Shown here: positions 23,126 through 35,420 of the stretch, in pieces
Position numbering within the stretch: the stretch's first letter is position 1
Layout of the letters: every line of letters begins with the position of its first letter
Source of the DNA: Octopus bimaculoides
Lineage: Eukaryota
Assembly (NCBI RefSeq): GCF_001194135.2
Contig: NC_068981.1
Location: 136,230,752-136,294,751 of the forward strand
Direction: 5' to 3'
Length of the DNA stretch: 64,000 nt
Translations under genes and position numbers: made by a program
Notes under the pieces: model-generated
Database searches by the model: none
What the model saw: the letters and a program-made list of their open reading frames with translations, nothing else
Told to the model about the DNA's origin: nothing

Positions 23126-24829
23126 CGATTTCTTAGATTTTATTTTATTATTTTTTTAAGAGATCTATAGTAAGGTTCACTTGGTGCAGCTCTCCTGCTT
23201 TACGTAGTGGATTGGCGGAATAGTTAGAGCGTTGGATAAAATACCTTTTAGTATTTAGTCAGCCTTTTCTTTTCTGAGTTCAATCCTCGTTGAAATCAAC
23301 TTTACTTTTCATCCTTCTAGGTCCATAAAATAAAGTACAAATCAAATACTGCTGTCGATTTAAGTGACTATACACGACAAATATAGATTTCGTCAATGTT
23401 TAGCACTAGGTTAACCAGAGTTGAGCAAAACAACATCATTAACGGCAACCCATCATTTTATTTTCTTACATAATGTATCGAGGAATGCATCATCCAATTT
23501 GTCCTTTCTTAAGATGGTAGGATGGAAGTTGAGATTTGGCTGCTATTTCTAGCCTAGCCGCATGACCACGCGGAGATTCTTCGCCTCTCTATCTTCTCTG
23601 ATGAAAAGATAGCCATTTTTTGTTAAAGGAAAAAATAAACAAAAACAAACATTAAAAAAGTATATATTGGCGCAGTTGAACGACAGCGAACAAATACTTT
23701 GCGAAACCTGCTTTTAATCATCATTTCATTGTTCTAAAGTTGAAACTGCTTCCTCGACTCTGCCTCAAAGTTCGATAATACCAGTGATATGCAAGGATCG
23801 ATGTAATCAATAGTATGATATCCTTATATAAAAAAAAAATAACCTTCGGCTTAGTCACAACAAAACATTGTTTTCGAAGGTGAAGTAAATAAAATCAGGC
23901 CAGTTGGGATTTTCGCAACTTGTGTCTTTGTCTTCACCTTTTCGTTCTTACGCTGTTGATGTTGCTATGAAGGCGATATAGAAAAAGATAAATTCATTGA
24001 ACATATAAGAGTTTATTCAAGAATGTGATAGATGCGAATAATGACAGCTTCCAATTCTCTCTCTCTCTTTCACATACACACAATAATATCGGCTTTTACA
24101 TTCCGAGTTCAATTCCCGCCGAAGTCAACTTTGTCTTTCATCCTTCCGGGAACGATAAAATAAGTAGCAGTCAAGTTTCACGGTCGCTGGTAAAATAATA
24201 AACTCTTTCCCTCAAAATTGCTAGCCTTGTGACTAAATCAGTAACTACACACACACACACACATGTGTGTGCATTTATACAAACAGGAAAATTCAACGCA
24301 TATTATAAGCGGCATGTTACAAAGTGACCCAAGGGCCGAGTGTTTCGTACATAAACACTTATGATACATCACTTTCGTTGAGTGCCAATAGACGAAGCCC
24401 TTGCGAAACTTTGGAACTTCTGACGAAGTAGTAACATACATAAACACTTTGTTTATTGTTACTTCTCCTGTCTATACTTTTCTATGAGTGTGTGTGCTTT
24501 CTTTTTTGGTACAATTTTGAACCACACACACAGCGTGGTCACGATCCCTTTTGACATTTTCAAAAAGCCATTACGAAAAATTGCTGCATATTAATATTAT
24601 TATTAAAGTTTTTTTAACTGATATTAATAGTTTTATTGAAGTTATGTGTTTATGTTTCAGGCCGCAACTAATACTGTAATTTCACTAAATTTTTCTATTT
24701 ATCTTATGACTATGTGGACAGCCTCTCTCTCTCTCTCTCCCTCCCTAGTCGAGGTAAAGAATACGCACACCACCCGTTTTCGGCGTAACTAACCCTGAAC
24801 AGCGAGTGTGTGTATTCTTTACCTTCGCC

Positions 24830-24871
<42 letters not shown>

Positions 24872-26651
24872 GACGCAGTTGTGCATCGGTGGCCTGCTGG
24901 AAAAGATGTTTCCCTGTCTCAAAAAAAAAAAAAAAAAAGGGTAGTAATAATGTACTAACCAGGACTGCCAATTTACTTTGGCAAATAAATTTTACTGTTA
25001 CTACTTTTCGCTCAGATTTAAAACTAAATATATATATATATATGTATGTGCGTGTGTGTGACATACAATCATTCGCTCTACAAGTTTGAAAAGCATTAGA
25101 TATAGAACTTAATACCGATTACATAATGAAACATTACATTTACTACAGAAACCTAGTGTTTACTTATAAGTTCTCTATCACACACATGTATATATGTTTA
25201 TATCCTCTGTCTCAGCTCTTGGCCGACAGATGTCGCTTAGTGCTGCCGTCGTCAACGTTGTCGTCGCAACAGCAGCAGCAGCCGCCCTGCCTTCTTCTGC
25301 ACCAAAACATCTACACATAGGCTTCCCCAGACCTCAACGGATATTAGCAAATGTGTTGATGTTCGAAATTATCAAGAAAACAAAAAGTCATACAAGAGAT
25401 TTGCGACGATACGTCGCCAATTTTTGTCAAGATTGTTGTTAATGATCAAAAAGAATTTATAAATGGGAAGTAAGAGGCGCAACACTTCAGTTGCTAACAA
25501 TTCGTTTCTGTCACCCTTTTATTATAATAATAGTAATTATTATTATTATGAATTTGTTATCTTATTTCTTCTATCTCCGCCACGCAAAAGGTGATATTGT
25601 TTTTTAAAAATGTTCGAATTCCAGGGAAGCTAGGAAACACTAGGATGGTATGTAAGGCAAGTTCTTTACTAATTTAGTTCCCGTCCCGTTCGAAAAAAAA
25701 AACCAAACATAAAAAAAAAAGAAACATTTGAACACTACAAAACTAATAACTGTATCGGTGCTGAACAATTTCGCAATGGGATAAAAACTAACTTTCTTCG
25801 TTATTTAAGATTAGGTAGGTTCTGATATACTTTATACAATGTTTCTATATCAAAATTAAGTAGCCTTTGCTATTTCCTGAATTTTTAACGTCACATAATT
25901 GTAGTTAGATTGCATCGGCTTTCCTGTAAAATCAAATATGCGTGCGTGCGCGCGTGTAGAAATGTATGTTTAATGAATGCGGTTAAATTAAATCTCAAAA
26001 CCTTAGTACCTGATTTCGATAAATCTTCAGATTAACTGAGGATATCAGATAATACCATGTTGCTGTTTTTTTTTTGCTACTGTAAACGCATAACTGACGA
26101 ATGAATTTCAGAAATGAAAATGAAATGACAATTAACTGCAGTAGTTAGAAATAATAATAGCACTAATCTATATTCAATAAAGATCTATGAAATTTATATT
26201 CTTATAAGAACTTTTTTTGTTTAGATTCGGTATTTATTTTAGAGTTTGAATATGTCAAAGACTGATCTCCAGCTCCGTTTCTCTTCATTCAAACTCTTAA
26301 AAATATTCTCGAAAAATATTATATATTTATATATACCTTCTAGTATGTGTCCTAATTAATTCAGTAACATCTCGTTGTTGTATTTGTAACGACAAATTCT
26401 TTTTTTCGAGATGATATTGGTTGGAGAAAGTAAGCAATTTGGCTAGATAATGGCTATCCGTCGTGTTCATTAAGGAAAAGAAAAATAAACAAACCGTTCT
26501 TTAAACTTTCATTAGACAAACACGAAAGCTAAACAAACACATACACGCAAAAACGGAACTCACTACTTGATGTTTTCTCTCCGCTTTTTCGAATGCTTAC
26601 AAACTCGTGTTATTGAACCAAGAATGTTTTTAAAACGTGGTGATAGAAGGA

Positions 26652-26732
26652 CCAATCTGTTTTATTGGCGTCACGGTGATAGGAGAGAAATACTAGCGCT
26701 CCTTGGCGAAATAAATTAAGCAAGAGGCGGAG
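26652..26732 (+). promoter_or_regulatory. Candidate core promoter motifs
   Basis: CCAAT (26652-26656), ATTGG (26664-26668), CGTCA half-CRE and GC-box-like GAGGCGGAG (26724-26732). Lies in the CpG-rich domain upstream of a CT-rich tract and candidate exon. Short motifs, so weak evidence. Confidence 0.3.
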
Positions 26733-27270
26733 CAGTAGGAAACAGCATGCGTAAAATTCCTGCCTCCTCTCAGAATCATATATATATATATATGTGTGTG
26801 TGTGTATGAATGGTATGAAACGATGCTTACCCTATCTCTGCATATATTTCTCTTCTCTCCGAAAAAGCCTTCCCTACTTCTTTCTCGCCTTACCATTCGC
26901 TGTAATATTCAGCAAGGCCCTTTCTTTCTCCGATTCCCGTTCTCGCTCTATTTACCAATGTCGTTTCCTCCCTCTCCTTCTCTTCCTCTCTTTATGTTTC
27001 GCTAAATCTCACCCCATTACCCCCTTTAACTTCCACTTATTATCACCACCACCCCCATCATCACTACCGCCTCCTCCATCGTCACGGCTCCTGCTACCGT
27101 TCGCTCTCTCTCTCTTTCCCTTTACATACCCCCATTCCCCCCCACCTAGAATTTGGTTATTTATATGTTTTCGTTTTTTAATTCTTTCTTCTCTTCTTGT
27201 TGTTGCCATTCTCTATATCTGTCTCCATTTATATGTTTATTCCTACTCGCTGCAGCAACAACTGTTTCCT

Positions 27271-27314
27271 ATGGCTAATGAACGGAAAAGGGTTGTATAC
27301 GGGACGTTCTCGCG
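27271..27314 (+). CDS. Candidate first coding exon A of an unidentified gene (MANERKRVVYGTFS-R, phase 2)
   Basis: ATG at 27271, strong donor CG|GTAAGT at 27315, possible acceptor TGCAG| at 27255 after a long pyrimidine tract. Protein not recognised. Confidence 0.5.
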
Positions 27315-29281
27315 GTAAGTAAAATTGTTTTGAAATTTCCACAACACTAATGTCACTTTAGATTTGTCTTTCCTTCTTTTAATTGAAAAAAAAAAATATC
27401 TATTTTATTTATTTAAGCTTAAAAAAAAATTTACTCACTTATTTAAACCAATATTATTTATTTCGTAATCAAACCTACAAAACTACAAGCCTACAAAACA
27501 AACTGTCAACAATAAACGCTTTCCTATCGAAAAGTCTTTGATTTTTTTTTTTTAAGTTTCTAAAATAACAAAGAAAAAAAAAATGAAAGATAGCCATTGA
27601 AACATTCTTTTGGATATTAAAAAAAAAATTAAAAATTCGTAGAGCTTGTCTTGTAAAAATAGAAAATACAAGCGTGATCTGCACCTTGAAGTACATTCCA
27701 CTGAGTAAATTATAAAAACTAGCAATGTTCGTTATTGTTCTTGACTCGTTGTTTCATTGGCGCCTTTGCTACACTAAATAAAATATTTTGTCTATAAAGG
27801 ATATATATAAATGTTCTTGGTTGTGATACTGTCTGACTTTCTTGGCTCTCCCAATGCCCAAATATCTAACTAAGGTCGTTGTTGTGTGAAATTGATTCGG
27901 TTTAGTTGTTTATCAAATCCTTTTCGCTAAGTTGTTATCGCAACTAGAATTTAATTTTTTACAAATGTATTATATATTAACCATTAAGCCCACTGATTTA
28001 CTGAAACCCCTCAACCAGCGATTTATATATATATAATCATTCGTTCCTACTAGTTTGGATATGATAGTATTTTCTCTTGTTATAGTAGTATAGTGTAGTA
28101 TTTGTTGCATCTGTTTTCACTGGATCCCGCTTTACTCGCTGTTGTATTGTTATCAAAAGTAGCGGTGGTTCCCACCAAGAGTCAAGTGACGCTAACCAGA
28201 ACTTTTCGTCTGTTAAGTTTTCTTTTCCACTGTCGCGTCTCTTTGTTTACTGTAATTCCGTATAACTTTGGAACAGGTGAGCCGACGAAGGACCCTCTTT
28301 GTCTCTCGACCTGCTAGACATAACAGTGAAAACACGAAGCGGGGTGGGGAATGTCTAAAGTATTCTGTTTTACTATACCTACTCTGGTTGTTAGATTTCA
28401 TTTGTAATACACTAAATAACCCCTTTTTTAAACTAACCAATTGCACATAGGATAACATGAGGTTATCTTTGTCAATTTTTTAAAATGTATTTTTACCCGA
28501 TGTTTATTTTAAAAGGCGGGTCTTTATTTCCTCTTTTTCTTTATAATATTAATTTCGAATATTTATATTTACACTTCTACAATTTCTCATTTCAAAATAT
28601 ACTGCTAAAATATTTTAGCTGACTCTTTGTACAATTTTTAAACGATAAAGCATATTCACAAATAACTTCAAACTAATAATTTTAGTGCGAAAGACCCTAT
28701 AAACAATAAGGGTAATAAAACTGTTCTTCCCAACTTTAGCCGTCAGCTGTAAACAATGGTGACAAGTGTATTTTCTTAATGTTACACCAACTTTCACCAG
28801 TAGCAGTCACTAGGCGAAGTTGTCAATTTTTGTATAATTCTCGTTGTAAATGGCCTAATATTTCGAATGACAATGTATGTTTGCTTTTTTTTCCGAAAGA
28901 AAAAGCACCTGTTGGAAGTCAATTTAGTAATTACTTTCAAAGTACTGGCGCGTTGTTCATTTTAATTTACTTAGAAGTGAATGAGGGAGTCTGGACATAT
29001 TTTGGTTTGTTACACTTGTACCTGGGAAAATAAAACAAATTTGAGAAGACGAACTGAAAAAAGTTATTCCGGGTATTACCCAGGTTTTCAAATAACCGAT
29101 TGAATTTCATGAGTCATGCTCGAATATTTTAGAATGTTTTTAAAATCTCCGAATTCGTTAGTGGAAAGTGATTTTTCAAAATATTTCAGAGCAACAACAA
29201 AATAGCAAAAGCAGCACCTAAGAAAAATACTGGAGTTTATTCTGGAGACAAGAACGGAGCCTCCAAAATACGTAATAAATT

Positions 29282-29355
29282 ATGCTGAAACTCTTAGAAA
29301 GGAAGAAAGATCGCCGTGTATATGAGGAAAGCCCCCGTACGAACTATAACTGCCG
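29282..29355 (+). CDS. Candidate alternative first coding exon B (MLKLLERKKDRRVYEESPRTNYNC-R, phase 2)
   Basis: In-frame TAA two codons upstream of the ATG, donor CG|GTAGGT. Same phase and split codon as exon A. Confidence 0.4.
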
Positions 29356-31070
29356 GTAGGTAGTTACTACCGTATCTTAATGGATTACAAACGAACGAGC
29401 TGTCTTGCTTCAAGGTCTTTTTCCTTCTTTTGGTCTCTTGCATAACTTTTTCTTATTTTCTTGCATTTCTTTTGTTTTTTTTCAACACAGAAAAGTGTAA
29501 TTATAAAACGGGAACGGCGAGGGAGTTGTTTAACCCCAAGTCCGCCTTGAGTAACCCTGTAATCAAAGGTATTCCAACCCTTGGCCATCTTGCTTTGTTT
29601 TATTTTATGAATGTGTATTCAAAGTTGGTAGAGAAATTTGAGGGGGATTTGGAATGCTATTTCTGGCAGATCGATCGACCACATAGGCTTCCCTCGTTCG
29701 TGAATACGGAGCGAAACTTGTCAGGATAGTAAGAAGAAAAAAGTTTACTTTTGTTTTTTTAAATTTTATCATAGATTAAATGTGAGTCGGACTAGCTTAT
29801 CGAGCTTAAATTGTCGAAAGCCTTTATTTGTAAACAAAAACAATTTTCTTTTTTTTATTTGTCATTAACTTAGTCGGGGAATATTTGTTGACTATAGTAT
29901 ACCGAATAGTGAGTGACATGGTTACAAATGTCTATGATTGTAAATGTAGAGAAAAGAAAACGCTTCGTTTGAATGGCCTTGGTAAACCTTGATTTTAGCT
30001 TCATGTTTGATTGAACAGGCTGAAGACCAAGGATATTCCAGCCACGACCATCCCATTTTTTTTCTGTATATCTAGAGCTACAGTTATCCAATGCATTACT
30101 TTTTCTTTAAACGGCTGTTATTTCTAGGAAGTTGAACGACCGTGTAGAGTTCCCCAGCTGTCGTTGGCTCGAGCAATAGTAGCTGTAGTAGTGTTTATAA
30201 TGTATTGCTGCCGTTATAACTGGGAAATCTAACACGATTTACCTTCTCTGTAAGCTTTAATACAGATTCAACAAGTCTGCAACTGCTATGACTGACTTCC
30301 TCTCCCTCCACCCCCGCACACGCTATGCTCTGTCCTCATTGATTCATTACTAATTGTAAAAGTGAATATTTATTTTTCTTCTTGAAAAAACAAACCGTAT
30401 TTATTTACACGGCGATAGAAATAATTGAGCACATCTGAATTCCAATTATGAATTTCTTTCATCTAAACAGTATATTGTAAAGAGGAGGCTGTAGATTGGA
30501 TTTTTATCGATCACAGTATTTAATTGTATTTATCGACGTCGTTGCTGTTATTTAACCCCAGGCCAACCCTGCTAGTGTAGACCAGACCCATGGTCAAAGA
30601 TTTTCCGGCCTGAAGGTTAATATCATACCATGTTATCTCAACATCCTGCCTGCTAATTATTTTAAAAAATTCAAACTTGACCATAAAGGAATATGAGACG
30701 AACATTGTGTGCGTCGAACCAAAACACCATGTTCGACGCACATCTGGTCACCTACCACTATACGTGTGTGGGGGGGGGGACGTGCACATTGTATAGGTGT
30801 GTAATATGTATGTATTACTATTATGACTCTCTTAGCATGTTCCATGCTTTTGCTAATTGTTTTAGGTGCCTGTGTAATCACAAGTAGATGTAGATACTAT
30901 TTGACCTCCCATCAAAATGAAGTAGGTAGAGAGGGCTGGGTGGTACTTCTTCCAGCTGATTAGACTTATCATAAAATGAAGTGCCTTACCCACTTCAGAA
31001 ATCGAACCCATGACCTTATGTTTTTGTATCCAACACTCTAATCACTTGGCCATGTGCCGTCTCACACTCT

Positions 31071-31115
<45 letters not shown>

Positions 31116-31340
31116 NNNNNNNNNNNNNNNNNNNNNNNNNNNNNNNNNNNNNNNNNNNNNNNNNNNNNNNNNNNNNNNNNNNNNNNNNNNNNNNNNNNNN
31201 NNNNNNNNNNNNNNNNNNNNNNNNNNNNNNNNNNNNNNNNNNNNNNNNNNNNNNNNNNNNNNNNNNNNNNNNNNNNNNNNNNNNNNNNNNNNNNNNNNNN
31301 NNNNNNNNNNNNNNNNNNNNNNNNNNNNNNNNNNNNNNNN

Positions 31341-31381
<41 letters not shown>

Positions 31382-33186
31382 TTACACACTTCTGTATATA
31401 TCCAGTCATGCGTTTAATAGGCTTCTGTACAAAGCCTTGTGAGTGGATTTTGTCGATGCCAATTGAGGGTGTGTGTGTACCTTTGTCTTCGCATCATACT
31501 TGCATATGAGCATCACTGTCATAAGTGATGTTTATTTTCAGTTTTTCTTGAAGAACAGGTCTAGCCATGTAGAAATATTAGTTTGCTTGGAACAGGTGAG
31601 AGTTGCTGACGGGAAGGGCATCTGGCACTAGAAAATCGGCAACAAATTCCATTTGATCCATGCAAGCGTGGAAAAGAGGACCTTAAATGAGGCTATTTCA
31701 AGTCCTCTACTTCATCATCCAACAAAGTTGGGGTCAGTTGACATCACCAGATGATTGAATGTCACATCTTCCCAGTTTCATAATTGCGACAACTGGGGGG
31801 AAATGTGACTTTCGTCTTCCATGAAAATAAGTAATTTGAAATAAAACAATTTTTATCTGAACCAGTCCTATGCTAAATTTGGTAAAATAAAAGAAGAATC
31901 TGCCAAAAACAACAATTGGCATAGAAGCATGGTTGTTGACCTGCCAGAAATAGTCAAAGCTAAAAATCACATGTGATTAACTTTTAGGAAGGATGGAGAT
32001 TGAGTAATGTATGTGATGTTACATGTAGTATTTAAAAAAAACAAAAAAAAAACTGGTTTTAGTTTGAAAGATTTTGACCATAAGTTTTCTCAGTCAGTAC
32101 TGAAGTGGGGCTAAACACACACACACACACACACACACACTCTCTCTTTTTCTCTCTTGCACACATTTACACTCGCATCCTAATTTACTGCACCTGTTAC
32201 ACTTTCCACCATCATTCTAACCATGAGTTGGCTAAGCCTTCATTCTTGAATAACTGGATGAAATTAAAGTGAAAAAGCACTATCTTTCAAGTACAGATAT
32301 TTTCAACAACCAACTGAAATCTTGCAGCTTTATGCAGCAGTATCAACAACAAAGAATCATTTCAAGATGTAGTTTAAGTATTTTTAAAAGATGCCCTTAA
32401 AGAATCACAAGTGAGGTGAGCTCTTTTATACTCTCTAGCACTTAGAGAACTACATTACGCTATCTTCTAGTAGCAATTGAAAGTGAATTAGTGAAATTTA
32501 AGCTTACTCTGCATAATGCTTTTGGTGTAATATAGCAAATGAATTTAATATTGACAATATAGTTGAGAAGAATTCTCACATCTCAACTGATACTATTGTT
32601 TCCTCTTTAATCTGATATCTAAATGGTTCCTAAATTTACAGATCTAAATCGGCTTTGTACAATAATCCCAAAACTTACTGTTGGAGCTATTTAATCACAG
32701 CCAGATACTCTTCTGTTACCATATTCCGTACTGTTAAGCATTGCAAGAGAAATTTCCAATGGATTGAAAACTAACTCCCCCTTGGTATGGAACTTCTTTT
32801 TAGTAAATTATAAAAAACAAAAGAGCAAAATAAGAACTGCTTTACCAAGAGAATATACCTAGAACACTATTAACATTTCATTCTTTTCGAATAACAACAC
32901 ATCATTGGGTAAGCACAGCTTCATTAAGACTAAACACCATAATAATAACTAACAAAGCTGTTCTCTCCTCTCAAAGTTTATCATCACCCTCTAAATAATT
33001 GTTTTAACATTCATTTTTACATGCTTGCATGGGTTGGACAGTCACTTGTGGTAATCCTCACCTGTTTCCTGGCAAAACATTATTTTCCCTTGGCCAGACA
33101 TATTCTTGCAGAACACTGGAAATTAATGACAATGCTTGTGTGATAGCACCTATCATTTATAACAATCATGTGACATGAAGACAAGG

Positions 33187-33275
<89 letters not shown>

Positions 33276-34079
33276 CCCTCTCTTTCTCACTCTCTTACTC
33301 TCTCTCAAATCCACTAACAAGATTTTGGTGTTGGCATAAGACTATACAAGACACTTGCTCAGAGTGGAACTCATCTTGGAATTATGTGGTTGGAAAGCAA
33401 ACTTTTTATTGGAGATTTACAAATTGAACCCCCAGACACAAACTTAGAATAAAATTTCTGACATGTACTCTAATAATGTCAATTTTGTTTGTCGTGTTGC
33501 ATAAAGTTGAATTAACAATTGTTAATTTCCTTTATTCCTTGTTTAACTCTTTTGATGCCAGTTTACCTGGTTCTAGATTCAAAACCTGCCAAATTTAAAT
33601 CAAATCCTGATTATTATTCAAAATCATTTAAAAAGTGATAATATAACACAAGGCCAGGAAGAATTCCTCAATAAGCTTTCAGTATTTAGTCTTGTATGCC
33701 TCTTCTTTTCAACTTTACAGTTTGAATCAAAAAAAGTTTCTATGAAGCTGCTTGAAACAGTAGCCAAATGTACTTCATGTCACAAAGCATTTTGATAAAA
33801 ATGGCGTATGTATTTAGTTCTAGGTGGACAATTGAAGTCTGGATAGCTCCCTGGCTGGCCAGCTCCTGTCAAACTGTCCAACCCATGCCAGCATGAAAAA
33901 TGGACGTTAAATGATGAAGTAGAGGAATTGTAGTGCTTCTTAGACTAATGGACTGTCTCAGTATAAAGTATTGCATTCATTTCTCTGGCCAGAGCATTAA
34001 CCTGAATGCTTACAAGACTGGACTCTGCTTGGCTCCCAAAAGCTATTGATATGCTAAACTAGGCAATGGTTTAGATCTT

Positions 34080-34200
34080 ATCACCCAAGGCATGATGATT
34101 GTGCTTGACATATCCAAAACCAACTGACACCAAAAAGAGTACTGGAAAGTTCTGGGAATCAGTCCCACTCTGGCTTGTTTCATCATTTGTTTATGATCCC
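34080..34200 (+). pseudogene. Possible decayed LINE reverse transcriptase fragment
   Basis: IVLDISKTN*..VLGISPTLACFI loosely resembles LDISKAFD..GI.P.L..WI. Confidence 0.25.
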
Positions 34201-35069
34201 TTTCTTACTTGATGGAAGTCTACATTTTTGATAAATTTGCAGCCTTAAAGATTATTGTACAAAGGCAGGGATAGTTGTTAGGTATTAAATAGCAAAACAA
34301 ATTTGTTTTAATGTAGATCTCATATAAATTCATTTCCCCTTGAGTACTTTTTTCTTGGTTCCATCAGTTGGTCATCTCTACAATATAACCCAACTACCAT
34401 GTGTCTTGGCTCTTTTCATGTCTTTGAAAATGCTTAAGGCTGGTATTGATAGAACTAATGACTGTATAATAAATGTTTTTTGAAAATTTTCTGTATTATC
34501 ATTGACAAAAAATTAAAACTTAGAAAATTGCTGATGGTATGTTTGAGTAATTTTTCTTTAATTTGTAGTGGTTAGCACTGTAAACCTTTTAAATAAATCT
34601 TTGACAGCTACTGAGATACAAATATGATCTTGATTTAGGTACGAGTGGTAAATTAGGCTTTGATTCGTGGCTAGCTTTCATTAGTAGTATTTACCTTCCA
34701 GATGGCTTTTTGAAAGCCATCTTGTATAACTCTTAGGTTATCTCAGGTCAATGCATTTTAGTCATGCACATCCTATTTATTTTCAATGTGCCTAAAAGTA
34801 TATTGTGTAATGCATCCTTAAGATATTAGGAAGATCTTATTTGTAGCAGCTTAAGAAACCATGTAGAACAGGGGTGAGGAATGCTTTACCTGTGAACAAA
34901 TTTTTTCCCATATTCACAGTCAGAATTGCGCTTGAAAAAACAATCTTTAAAATCCAAAATATAAGTTTGGTACCTATGAATGTAAGATTCATTTCCCTTC
35001 TAGTGCACTCTATATGTTCTTGTGCAATTGTTGAGTTTCCTTATTCTGTAATGGTCTCTCACTCCTTAA

Positions 35070-35420
35070 CTTTTTAGCATTTAAACTGACCGTATCTGGC
35101 CCAAATATTCTACCTGGTTTATGATCAAACTGGCCAGATCTGGCATGTCACATCTACAAGAACAATGTCATTCTAAGAATAAACAATTGCATCAAAATCT
35201 TAAGCTACAAGATAGGAGCACTCCGTCGGTTACAACGATGAGGGTCCCAGCTGATATGATCAACGGAATGGCTTGCCTGCTCGTGAAATTAACGTGCAAG
35301 TGACTGACCAATCCACAGATACGTGTACCCGTAACGTAGTTCTCAGGGAGATTCAGCGTGACACAGAGCTACATGAGCTACAAGATAATACATGATTAAC
35401 TCAAAACAATGCGAATAAGT
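35070..35420. mobile_element. piggyBac-like MITE carrying a 5'-truncated family E SINE
   Basis: TTAA at 35066-35069. Insert 35215-35375 flanked by 12-bp TSD AGCTACAAGATA (35203-35214 and 35376-35387). Confidence 0.75.

Noticed and set aside
26794-27318. 174-aa ORF as a single-exon gene
   Set aside because: Mostly a low-complexity CT-rich tract. Only the last ~15 codons look coding, and the stop lies inside a splice donor.
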